This document shows positions 9,447 through 17,776 of a stretch of 24,794 nt of DNA, in pieces (within the stretch, counting starts at the first letter, position 1; every line of letters starts with the position of its first letter). The DNA comes from Bdellovibrionales bacterium. GTDB lineage: Bacteria; Bdellovibrionota; Bdellovibrionia; Bdellovibrionales; JAMPXM01. The stretch covers positions 1 to 24,794 of the forward strand of contig JAYUEN010000001.1 of NCBI GenBank assembly GCA_043739185.1, in the 5' to 3' direction. A model generated the notes under the pieces. The model did no database searches. It saw only the letters and a list, made by a program, of their open reading frames with translations, and was not told the origin of the DNA. The position numbers and the translations under genes were made by a program.

Positions 9447-9803
9447 CTATCGGCCAGGAATTGGCAAAATTTCCATAACTTCGACGGAGTCGCCAGGAAA
9501 AATGGCAAAATGTGGGTGATCGAGAAACAATTTAGCTGCTTCGTCATATGATTCAGCTTGCACTACTGTAAAGGCAGCAATTTGGTTGCGGATATCTGAA
9601 ATTCCCGAGGCATCGATTTTTTTCGTCTTTCCGCAAGGCCCGCCCATTTCTAAGATTGATTTTTGATTCTTTGCTGCCCAATTTCCCCAAGCTGCCATGC
9701 CCGCAGCTTCTTTTTTCTTTCGGGTGGCATCATCCAATGCTTTCCACTTTACATTGTTTGGACTGTCAGGGGAGCCGGTAAATATTGCCAAATACGTCTT
9801 CAT
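9447..9803 (-). CDS. YCII-related domain protein
   Basis: MKTYLAIF, AW..W, GGPCGKTK, FTVVQAESYDEAAKLF.DHPH, VEVMEILPIPG. Confidence 0.78.
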   Translation of the reverse strand: MKTYLAIFTGSPDSPNNVKWKALDDATRKKKEAAGMAAWGNWAAKNQKSILEMGGPCGKTKKIDASGISDIRNQIAAFTVVQAESYDEAAKLFLDHPHFAIFPGDSVEVMEILPIPGR

Positions 9804-9904
9804 AAATTTCCTTTCAATTTCTGAAGTTAGTGATAACTTTGAAGTGGAGATTCTAATATTAAAATGAGTTGAAGCGGAACAAAAATTTTTTTGCGGAGAA
9901 AAAT

Positions 9905-10306
9905 ATGAAAATTGCGAGCGTCATTTGTCGAGTGCTTATGGGTTTAGGGTTTACGGTTTTTGGACTGAATATTTTATTTCCTTTTATGACGCCGCCCCCT
10001 CCGGTTGAAGGCTCTCTGACCGCGCAACTCATGGCAGTTATGGTCCCCACGCATTGGATGGCGATGGTCGGAGCGTTTCAACTCGTGGGAGGGCTTTTGG
10101 TTCTGAGTGGCCGGGCCGCGCCACTGGGATTGGCACTGCTTGCGCCAGTCCTTGTCAATATCTTGGCTTTTCATATTTGTCTTGAAGGCGGGAAGGGAAT
10201 AGTTCCTGGACTGGTATTTTCCGGACTCGAGTTGTTTTTAATGTATTCTTATCGAAGTCACTTCTTGCCGATTTTTTCGTTGAAGGCTTCTCCCCAAGTT
10301 AAATAG
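9905..10306 (+). CDS. DoxX family membrane protein
   Basis: ATG9905 after GGAGAA; RVLMGLGFTVFGLN..F, GLALLAPVLVNILAFH. Confidence 0.85.
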   Translation: MKIASVICRVLMGLGFTVFGLNILFPFMTPPPPVEGSLTAQLMAVMVPTHWMAMVGAFQLVGGLLVLSGRAAPLGLALLAPVLVNILAFHICLEGGKGIVPGLVFSGLELFLMYSYRSHFLPIFSLKASPQVK

Positions 10307-10316
10307 TTAGGTGGTA

Positions 10317-10745
10317 TCACATTTTCAGTAGCGCACTCAGTTGTTCAAAAGCGATTCCCCAGCCTTCTTGAAAGCCCATTTTCTCATGCTTTTGTCGACT
10401 CATCTCGTCCCCATGTGTGACTATCGCTTTGTATGAGTTTTTATTTGCAGAGTTTGAAAGCAGAATATGAGCAACAAATGGAAAGTCTAAGCTAGAACTA
10501 ATATTTGGCCGATAGCCACTAGTCATCATATTCGTCCATACGAGTTTTTGGTTCTCGACGACTTCTAGAAAACATCCGTCATTTGGCATTTTTTGACCTT
10601 CAGGTCCTTGCATTAGGGTGAAAAATTCTACGCCGGGACGCAAATCAATTCGACAGTCTGTCACCAGCCAAGGTTTGGGACAAAACCATTTTTTTAATTG
10701 GCTAGGCTTAGTCCAAGCTTCCCAAATTCCTTTCACATGAAACAA
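10317..10745 (-). CDS. SRPBCC (Aha1/AHSA1-like) protein, N-terminus apparently eroded
   Basis: IWEAWTKP..LKKWFCPKPW, DLRPG, GCFLEVVENQKLVWTN, HEKMGFQEGWG; lacks the usual first beta-strand. Confidence 0.82.
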   Translation of the reverse strand: MFHVKGIWEAWTKPSQLKKWFCPKPWLVTDCRIDLRPGVEFFTLMQGPEGQKMPNDGCFLEVVENQKLVWTNMMTSGYRPNISSSLDFPFVAHILLSNSANKNSYKAIVTHGDEMSRQKHEKMGFQEGWGIAFEQLSALLKM

Positions 10746-10757
10746 ATCGATTTGAGA

Positions 10758-11171
10758 TTAGGACTTCATTTTACTCATATCCATAAAAAGAATATTCCAA
10801 CGATGTCCGTCGAGATCTGCAAAGCCACAGCCGTACATCCATCCGTCTTTGTAGGCCGGTTTTGCGTAAATAGTTGCGCCCGCTTCTTCAGCTAATTTGG
10901 CTAGGTTATCTACGGCTGAAGCTGAGTCAGCACCGATTGAAAAAAGAACTTCATTTGATTGCTTCGCATTAGTAACTGCGTGGCCGCCAATAAAACCTTG
11001 AAAAATATTTTCACTAAAAAGATTTACCACTATCTGATTGCTTCCCACAAACATACTCACCATATGCGGAGCCGAATGGCGTTCATTCATGGTAAAGCCA
11101 ATTTTGAGAAAAAAATCTTTAGATTTTTTAAGATCTTGAGATGGTAGATTGAGCCACATTGTATTAGTCAT
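10758..11171 (-). CDS. VOC/glyoxalase family protein
   Basis: WLNLPSQDLKKSKDFF..IGF, EVLFSIGADS..AVD, AEEAGA, GWMYGCGFADLDGHRWN. Confidence 0.9.
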   Translation of the reverse strand: MTNTMWLNLPSQDLKKSKDFFLKIGFTMNERHSAPHMVSMFVGSNQIVVNLFSENIFQGFIGGHAVTNAKQSNEVLFSIGADSASAVDNLAKLAEEAGATIYAKPAYKDGWMYGCGFADLDGHRWNILFMDMSKMKS

Positions 11172-11172
11172 A

Positions 11173-11790
11173 CTACATTCCTACCGGGCCACCGGCTTTT
11201 TCAGTAAAGCGTGCAAAGCCAGGACGATCCGAACAGATCTTTACATAATTTTCAAAAATGGGTCTTGGCTCAAGTTGTTTGGTCATCAGGCCCCATCCCA
11301 TCGAAGATGAAATATAAATATCGGCCGCGCTAAATTTTTTGCCAAGAATATAGCCATTTGCGATCGCTTTCTCTAAAGTATCGAAAGTATCTTTTGACGA
11401 GCCGTAACCCAAGTGGCTTGACTCAACTTTTTTGGTTCGCGGATTTTGCGTATCCAAAAAAGCTGGTTCAAGGCAACTAGCTGCAAAGAAAAACCATCGC
11501 AAATAGGTTCCTCGGTTTAAGTCAGTGAGGCTAGGTGCCAAATCAGCTTTAGGAAAGGCATCTGCCAAATAAACACAAATTGCTGCTGCCTCGGTGATCA
11601 CTACGTTCTTATGAACTATTGTTGGGATTTTTCCCATGGGATTGATTTTTAAATATTCAGGAGTTTTATGCTCTGCTTTTTTCCAATCTAAAATTTTAGT
11701 TTCATATTCGGCGCCAATTTCTTCGAGCATCCAATGAACAATTCTTCCGCGTGACATTGGATTATAATAAAACGTAATTTTATCTGTCAT
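11173..11790 (-). CDS. Glutathione S-transferase
   Basis: ATG11790 after GAGGAG; NPMSRGRIVHWMLEEIG, YLKINPMGKIPTI, ITEAAAICVYLAD, FSAADIY. Confidence 0.94.
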   Translation of the reverse strand: MTDKITFYYNPMSRGRIVHWMLEEIGAEYETKILDWKKAEHKTPEYLKINPMGKIPTIVHKNVVITEAAAICVYLADAFPKADLAPSLTDLNRGTYLRWFFFAASCLEPAFLDTQNPRTKKVESSHLGYGSSKDTFDTLEKAIANGYILGKKFSAADIYISSSMGWGLMTKQLEPRPIFENYVKICSDRPGFARFTEKAGGPVGM

Positions 11791-11868
11791 AGAATGCTCC
11801 TCTTTTAATTTAAAAAGTGAAATCAATTGTATCGTTGAATTTAAAGACTAGCAAGAATTCGAGATCTA

Positions 11869-12243
11869 TTAATGCCCGTGTTTAGGATGCATCAATTTAA
11901 GAACATTGCCGTCTGGGTCTTCAAAAACTAAGATATGGCCCCATGGTTGGTCTGCTTCACCAAGAATTATTGCGCCATGAGACTCAAGGTGTTTACGATC
12001 ATCTGGTATATTATTTGATTTTAAAGTCAGGGTGGCTCCTGCAAGAGCACCATGACTATCACGAGGGATTCTGGGAATAGACTTAGGTTCGGGATGAAGA
12101 CCAACAGTCACACCGCAACAATCTAAAACAATCCAATACTCATTTTCACTTTTAAGTTTCATCCCGAGAGCTTCAGTATAAAACTTGATGGCAAGTTTTG
12201 GATTTGAGGTGCTGTAATAGATATCTTGAATTCCACCAATCAT
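11869..12243 (-). CDS. VOC/glyoxalase family protein
   Basis: AIKFYTEALG, VGLHP, DQPWG..LVFEDPDGNVLKL. Confidence 0.88.
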   Translation of the reverse strand: MIGGIQDIYYSTSNPKLAIKFYTEALGMKLKSENEYWIVLDCCGVTVGLHPEPKSIPRIPRDSHGALAGATLTLKSNNIPDDRKHLESHGAIILGEADQPWGHILVFEDPDGNVLKLMHPKHGH

Positions 12244-12307
12244 AATTGTCGCTCCCGCTTAAACTTTTTGAGTAATGCTTACCAGATAAAACTAAAACTT
12301 ATTTGAG

Positions 12308-13597
12308 TCAAAATGAATTACTATTCGGGGTGTTCACCGCATCAACTTGCGGTCGTCTTAACAATATCCCGGATAAGAATAATGCCAAAAGTGTATAAGT
12401 TAGAAAAATATAGAAGCCGGGCTGTAGAGAAGTACCATTTGTAGTTAGGATCACCACTTCTTGATCAGTAGAATTTAAATTTCCGAACTGACTCGTAATA
12501 ATTCCGTTAAATCCGATATAAGCCATAAAAATTGCGACAATTAGCACATCAGTCATCGACCATTTTCCTAATTTTAAAACTAAAAACTGAATCAGCAGAT
12601 TGGTCCGCGCCTTGTGAAAATTGTAATAATAGGCGAGCGACGAAAGCATTTTTAGTAACGGAAAAACAATACTGAAAGCGATCATCAATAAACCAACGAA
12701 TTTCATTTGAGCTTCTTCGTTGGTGATCATAATCCAAAACACATCGAGGATGCTTTTGGTTTGAAAATATAAAATCTGATTCACAAAAACAATTGGGTGA
12801 TTCAACAAAACCAATCGCATCTCTGAGATCTTTGCCTCCATATCGATCATCGGTGTTGTAACTCCAGCTAACAACAATGTGACTAGCACCAAAAGCAAAA
12901 GGACATATTGCGGGCCAGCCAGAGCCCTCTTGCTGACCCCTGCTACTAAAAAAAGGACAATTGAAAGAGTTATGAATAGATATGTTTCTTGATTAATTAC
13001 TCTTTGATTGATTGAAATTTCCTGACTTAGTTTGTGTCTGGCAGTCTCAATGTCAGGTGTACCAGTTCTTTGCAGAATATGGTTCAAGTGGGACAAGTCT
13101 TGAAGCTCAAAAGTTTTATCAAAATATTTTTCAATTCGCCTTTTCACGATATTTTTTAAGTGATGTTCTGTTTGGGATTTGGTCATTTCGGTAATAATAG
13201 CGTCTGCATATTCAGGGATCCCGTCCTTAATATCCTTCATATTAACAAATGCATTTATGAACGACTGCTTTATCCACCCCTTCGCGGTACCTTTATTGCT
13301 GGCCCTGATTTTTTTATCGACATTATCAATGAGTCCTTTTAATTGAATCTCGATATGCTCTTTTAGCTGTAGCTCATTGGCATTACTCAAACTCAATTTG
13401 TTAATTTCTTCAGCTATAATGACTGCCAGCTGCTCCTTCCATTTATTTATGCTGAAAAGACCGTATTTGATGCTGTTGATCTCAGCCGAATCTTGTTTGT
13501 TCTGTTGATTGAGAGCGGAATTTGAAATGATTTGTTGGCAAAGTGTCGCCAAGCTTGCGAGTACAATTAGAGATAAAATCACATTTAAAAGCTTCAT
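12308..13597 (-). CDS. Paraquat-inducible protein A (PqiA)-like membrane protein with large N-terminal soluble region
   Basis: FSIVFPLLK, LGKWSMTDVLIVAIF, LQPGFYIF: PqiA-domain motifs. Confidence 0.8.
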   Translation of the reverse strand: MKLLNVILSLIVLASLATLCQQIISNSALNQQNKQDSAEINSIKYGLFSINKWKEQLAVIIAEEINKLSLSNANELQLKEHIEIQLKGLIDNVDKKIRASNKGTAKGWIKQSFINAFVNMKDIKDGIPEYADAIITEMTKSQTEHHLKNIVKRRIEKYFDKTFELQDLSHLNHILQRTGTPDIETARHKLSQEISINQRVINQETYLFITLSIVLFLVAGVSKRALAGPQYVLLLLVLVTLLLAGVTTPMIDMEAKISEMRLVLLNHPIVFVNQILYFQTKSILDVFWIMITNEEAQMKFVGLLMIAFSIVFPLLKMLSSLAYYYNFHKARTNLLIQFLVLKLGKWSMTDVLIVAIFMAYIGFNGIITSQFGNLNSTDQEVVILTTNGTSLQPGFYIFLTYTLLALFLSGILLRRPQVDAVNTPNSNSF

Positions 13598-13864
13598 CGA
13601 TTTTTATAATAGCTGAACTCGCGGATACTTACGAAAGAAAATGAGTCGTTATGAGAATCAATTTCTGGCTAGTATGTTGCATCTCTGATGGGGCCTTCGC
13701 CCAAACCCACTCGTAGTCTTTTGTTTAGGGGAAGTTTGACCCGCACTTATAACCAATGAGGCAATTGTGGAGATTTCATAAATTCAATTCATTTTCTAAG
13801 GGAGGCGCAAACTAAAGTATTCCGTTCATATCTGCAATGGAAGTATAGAATCCGTCACCGGCGC

Positions 13865-14722
13865 TTATACAGTTGCTATGAGCAGTTCTTCTCCACTTGA
13901 TGGCCTTAATTTATCAGACCTTCCTGCAAAATACTTTGGTGTCAGACTCGCTGTGGACAGGTGTTCGGTTTTTTTAAAGCCAGCTTCATGGGCAAGTGCT
14001 AAAATTTCTTTTGGAGTAAAATAGCTGATGAAAGGCGTGCCTGAAGCTTGGGCTCCCTTTGCCGCCATCTGGTAGCCAAATTGATCTTCAGGATCAACTT
14101 GATCAATTGGTAACATAAAAGTCATAACAAATTTAGAGCCAGGTGCGAGGCTTGCCATTTCGCAAAGTGTTTCTTTTATTGCTTCTTTGGTCAGATACAT
14201 ACTGACTCCTAGCGAAGAAACGAGACTTGGTTTCGCTTTGCTAAATCCGGCTTTTGCAAGTTCCGCCCATAAAGACATTTTAGATTCAAAATCAACGGGC
14301 ACAAAGTGCAACCACTCGGGAATTTCAAAGCCGAGTTCTTTGAGGCGTCGCTGCTTCCAAATTTGAGTCCCCGGCTGGTCGACTTCAAACAAATTCAGCT
14401 TAGAGGCAATTTCTGGTCTGCGCTGAGCAAAGCTATCTAAGCCGGCGCCGAGAATAAGATACTGACTGAGGCCATGACCTATTTGATCAGTGACCATATC
14501 TTCGATGAAGCGGGAGCGGGCAACAATCGAAGCGCGGAAGCGGCTCGTTCCTTCTGGGTGCATATCAGGACGACTGCGCCAATTGTCATCAGGCGCGATA
14601 AGTTTAAAACCAATATCATCTTCTAGTACGTGTGGCGGATGATCGATCTGAAGATGCATCGCGCGCCATAGCGCGACTCGCACGGCAGTGCTATCAGGCG
14701 CGATTTCTGATTTTTCTTTCAT
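13865..14722 (-). CDS. Class I SAM-dependent methyltransferase (leucine carboxyl methyltransferase-like)
   Basis: TAVRVALWRA.H, IVARSRFIED, QYLILGAGLDSFA, FEVDQPGTQ.WK, FVPVDFE, LGVSMYLT. Confidence 0.92.
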   Translation of the reverse strand: MKEKSEIAPDSTAVRVALWRAMHLQIDHPPHVLEDDIGFKLIAPDDNWRSRPDMHPEGTSRFRASIVARSRFIEDMVTDQIGHGLSQYLILGAGLDSFAQRRPEIASKLNLFEVDQPGTQIWKQRRLKELGFEIPEWLHFVPVDFESKMSLWAELAKAGFSKAKPSLVSSLGVSMYLTKEAIKETLCEMASLAPGSKFVMTFMLPIDQVDPEDQFGYQMAAKGAQASGTPFISYFTPKEILALAHEAGFKKTEHLSTASLTPKYFAGRSDKLRPSSGEELLIATV

Positions 14723-14952
14723 GAGATCCTCCTCGAGCTATCTAAGCTAGAAATTATAACCCAAATGTATTGAGTCAATCAACCCAACAAAACCTGGCTT
14801 AAGTTTTTCAATGGCTCGAACTCATTTGCCTATCGCGGATTTTTCAATAAGACTCACTTTCAAGATGTTAACTTTGGAGTAACTCATTGTGAATGTGAGT
14901 GGCAACTTAAACGAATGTATAGTTCACGTGGTCGTAATCAAAAGGAGTAAAA

Positions 14953-15330
14953 ATGGTTCAAGGTATTCGAAAAGAAAAATTAGTTGCTGAGATCGTGTCT
15001 GGGACGCATAAAATTATTTCGGACGTTTCAGAAAAACTTGGTGGTACCGATTCGGGCCCAGGTCCCCATGAAATTTTAGAAGCTGCGCTGACCGCGTGTA
15101 CGATCATCACTTTACAAATGTATGCGGACCGAAAGAAATGGCCGCTCACTTCAGCGAATGTTAAAGTTTCAATCGATAAAGAAGGGCCTGAGTCTCATAT
15201 CACGCGAGAAATTTCGCTTTCTGGCGAATTGGATTCAGAACAAAAAGCTCGCCTGATTGAAGTCGCAAATAAATGTCCAATCCATAAACTATTAATGAGT
15301 CAAATCACGATTTCGACGACCGCTTTGTAG
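14953..15330 (+). CDS. OsmC family protein
   Basis: RBS AAGGAG; GGTDSGPGPHE.L.AAL.ACT.ITL.MYA.RK.WPL and ANKCPIHKLL (two catalytic Cys). Confidence 0.93.
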   Translation: MVQGIRKEKLVAEIVSGTHKIISDVSEKLGGTDSGPGPHEILEAALTACTIITLQMYADRKKWPLTSANVKVSIDKEGPESHITREISLSGELDSEQKARLIEVANKCPIHKLLMSQITISTTAL

Positions 15331-15394
15331 CACTCGTTTAGAATTTAAGTAGCACATTTAAGTATTGAAAGACCAATTGCTGTTCAATTTAAAT

Positions 15395-15709
15395 TCATAA
15401 TTCTGTAGGCGGCTGCGAAATTAATAAATCAGATTTAATTTCTAAGTATTGATCGGGAAATGAAAACTCAACGGCATCTCTCATGAGGCGACGAGCCTCT
15501 AAAGATGATTCCTTCAGCTTACAGTTTTCGCGCGTCCTCTTGTCTGGCCACTGGGCATAGCCCACATACTCGCCATTTTCAGCCAAATGCAGACGCGAGC
15601 CGTAACTACCGCATTCATCGAGAATGGCTTTGGTCACAAGCGCCCAATTAACCTCAAATTGTTTTTCTTTTCCTGACTTAATCTTCCAGCGATATAAGTA
15701 AATAATCAT
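15395..15709 (-). CDS. Antibiotic biosynthesis monooxygenase (ABM)-like protein
   Basis: IYLYRWKIKSGKEKQFE..W, GSYGSRLH, YVGYAQWPD; ATGA overlap with the upstream kinase. Confidence 0.78.
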   Translation of the reverse strand: MIIYLYRWKIKSGKEKQFEVNWALVTKAILDECGSYGSRLHLAENGEYVGYAQWPDKRTRENCKLKESSLEARRLMRDAVEFSFPDQYLEIKSDLLISQPPTEL

Positions 15710-16251
15710 TTTAGCCTCTTTATTATGAAATCAATTTGCTCTTTTGTGGTCATTGGCTTTTCAAATTTCACCAAAGGCGTATTCAGTTTTTTAAGATATT
15801 CAAGATGCGCCGATAATAGATTGGTGCCCTGAGATTGGCCTGAGTCATAGCCTTCGGTCCATTCTATAAATTCTTTGTGGATGCTTTCCATATCGCCACC
15901 CTGTTGAATTCGTTTGCCGTAAAGTGTGCTTTCTCTCTCCTTCAGGCGTTCGAGTCTTATATTAGGCGGTAAATAGAGAAAAATAACCAGTGAAGGATCT
16001 AGCTTGACAGAGGGTTCCCAAGTGCCAGCGCCACCAGACAAAATCCAAGACGAGTGTCGGTCGAGTGCTTGTGACAGTAAGCGAGCGCGCGCCTCGCCAG
16101 ATCGCTGCTTTAGAAAGGGTGGATCCGTTGGGTAGTGATAAAAGTCATCTGAGTCAAAATGAACGCATTGCAATTTAACTGAGAGTGCTTTCGCTAAAGT
16201 TGTTTTACCTGTCCCAGAGGCACCGATTATGTAGATTTTATAGTTTAGCAT
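15706..16251 (-). CDS. P-loop nucleoside monophosphate kinase-like / AAA family protein
   Basis: Start moved to ATG16251 (MLNYKIYIIGASGTGKTT); HFDSDDF, WILSGG, IRLERLKERE. Confidence 0.85.
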   Translation of the reverse strand: MLNYKIYIIGASGTGKTTLAKALSVKLQCVHFDSDDFYHYPTDPPFLKQRSGEARARLLSQALDRHSSWILSGGAGTWEPSVKLDPSLVIFLYLPPNIRLERLKERESTLYGKRIQQGGDMESIHKEFIEWTEGYDSGQSQGTNLLSAHLEYLKKLNTPLVKFEKPMTTKEQIDFIIKRLK

Positions 16252-16443
16252 AAATGAAGTTTTTTTGAGTGATCGATAAATTCTCGTAACTTTGGTTATA
16301 TTAATCAGGACCGTTACTATTAATACTTGAGAGCGATTGGGGTAGTAAAGATAAAATTCAGCTTGGCTTACCTGAGATAGGTATGATTCAACTGGATTCA
16401 CTATTTTTTTTTACCAGCTAAACTATAAATTCTGATTTAGCCA

Positions 16444-17016
16444 CTAATTAAGTTGGCTCGCAAAGAAAACCACACTAATTCCCGAAGCTGCGGCTCTACC
16501 ATTGTTTCTGTAAGAATGCGGCTTGTCTCCTGGGAAGCTTAGGACATCTCCTTTATTTAATATATGAACTTGCCCCAAAACTCCAATAGAAATCTCACCG
16601 CCAGTACACGTGAAATACTCACGAGTTCCTTCAATATGGGGAACGCCTGTCATGGTTGCACCTGCTTCGAGCCGTATTTCATCCATTTCTGTCGCAGGAA
16701 TTTTATCTGGTAAAAGTTTTCGCAAAACAACGCCATTTTTCGAACGACGGTCCACGGGAACGTCATTAGCTTTGATATGAAAACAATCAACATGGGGTGA
16801 TGATATCAATTCATCGATTGAAATTTTCAAAGCTTGGGAAATTTTAAGTAATACTTCTAGCGTGGGGTTTGAACTTCCTGACTCTATCAGAGCCACTGAG
16901 GCTCTTGTGCTACCGGCCATTTTAGCCAACATACTTTGTGAAAACCCCCTCTTCTTTCGAAGGGTCATAACATTTTCAGCGATGTTTTTTGAAACCTTGT
17001 CTATCCCGGTAACCAT
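16444..17016 (-). CDS. XRE-family HTH + cupin transcriptional regulator
   Basis: LRKKRGFSQ..LA...G.TRASVALIESGSSNPTL..L.KI..AL; PH..GTREY, GDVLSFPGDKPHSYRN. Confidence 0.93.
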   Translation of the reverse strand: MVTGIDKVSKNIAENVMTLRKKRGFSQSMLAKMAGSTRASVALIESGSSNPTLEVLLKISQALKISIDELISSPHVDCFHIKANDVPVDRRSKNGVVLRKLLPDKIPATEMDEIRLEAGATMTGVPHIEGTREYFTCTGGEISIGVLGQVHILNKGDVLSFPGDKPHSYRNNGRAAASGISVVFFASQLN

Positions 17017-17051
17017 ATGTCATTAAAATAACATTATGGTTACTATAATGT
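17017..17051. promoter_or_regulatory. Divergent promoter with palindromic operator(s)
   Basis: ACATTAT-N7-ATAATGT (17031-17051) contains TATAAT (17044-17049); overlapping imperfect palindrome ATGTCATT-AA-AATAACAT (17017-17034). Confidence 0.65.
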
Positions 17052-17085
17052 CTATTCCTTTATACATAACTATGCAGGAGGAAAT

Positions 17086-17499
17086 ATGAAAATAAAATTA
17101 GACCACATCAATTTAACAGTTCAGGACATGCAAGAGAGCATTGAATGGTATTCAAAAATATTTGGCTTTAAATTCGTAGAAAGTGGGATCGGAACCCGCA
17201 ACCAGCCATGGGCAATCGTAGCGTTAAATGACACTATGATTGTGATGAGCGAATATAAAGATCGAACTAAGGCAGATCAGGAAAGTGAAACAAACATTCA
17301 TAAAATTTGCCATTTTGGGCTTCGAATTTCTGAATCCACTACTTGGGAAAAAACCATACTAGAAAATAAGCTACAGCTCTATTATGGCGGTGTAGTAAAT
17401 TATCCATTTTCTCGATCTTGGTATATTCACGATCCAACTGGGCATGAAATCGAAATTTCACACACAGACGGACCTGAGCTAAGATTTCCAAATACTTAG
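17086..17499 (+). CDS. VOC/glyoxalase family protein
   Basis: RBS AGGAGG; LDHINLTV.D..ESIEWY..IFGF, ICHFGL, SWYIHDPTGHEIE. Confidence 0.92.
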   Translation: MKIKLDHINLTVQDMQESIEWYSKIFGFKFVESGIGTRNQPWAIVALNDTMIVMSEYKDRTKADQESETNIHKICHFGLRISESTTWEKTILENKLQLYYGGVVNYPFSRSWYIHDPTGHEIEISHTDGPELRFPNT

Positions 17500-17503
17500 A
17501 ATC

Positions 17504-17632
17504 AAATCGCGTTGGCGATTTTGGTTGGGACGGGGGGGGGTGACTCGGGCTCATGCCCTCTTCCGCTGGGTAAATTCAGCGGCGCCATTTGGTCGCTTTA
17601 AAATGGCGTGCCGGTATTTTGATCGAAGACCC
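17504..17632 (-). repeat. Degenerate multi-hairpin element with a tRNA-like 3' end (tRNA-linked-repeat type)
   Basis: Minus strand of 17522-17540 reads CCCCCCCCCGTCCCAACCA; hairpins at 17504-17521, 17547-17558, 17563-17582 and 17583-17608. Confidence 0.5.
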
Positions 17633-17776
17633 AGCTAGATATTTTAAATTTGGGGCAACGAAGTTTGACGTTTATCTCAAGCGGATCAAGGCAAATTCCG
17701 ATTCTTTCGGTTTGAGCTCGATATTGAGTAATGAATTCAGATGGTACGACTGTGATTTGCTATCCAGGCTCAGTCT

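Noticed and set aside
9824..9839. AAGTTA-N4-TAACTT palindrome between YCII and DoxX (also TTGAGAC-N4-GTCTTAA near 2192-2209)
   Set aside because: Short AT-rich arms are expected by chance, and there is no adjacent regulator or second copy.
13600..13864. Riboswitch, ncRNA or gene remnant in the pqiA-methyltransferase spacer
   Set aside because: No recognisable aptamer, long stem or protein motif in manual reading.
16252..16401. 50-aa N-terminal extension of the P-loop kinase
   Set aside because: The family begins just before the Walker A strand. MNPVESYLSQV faintly recalls a DUF1801 start, but this is too weak to call.
5249..17499. Integron cassette array
   Set aside because: Intergenic gaps are mostly too short, and no recurring RYYYAAC...GTTRRRY attC structure or intI gene was seen.
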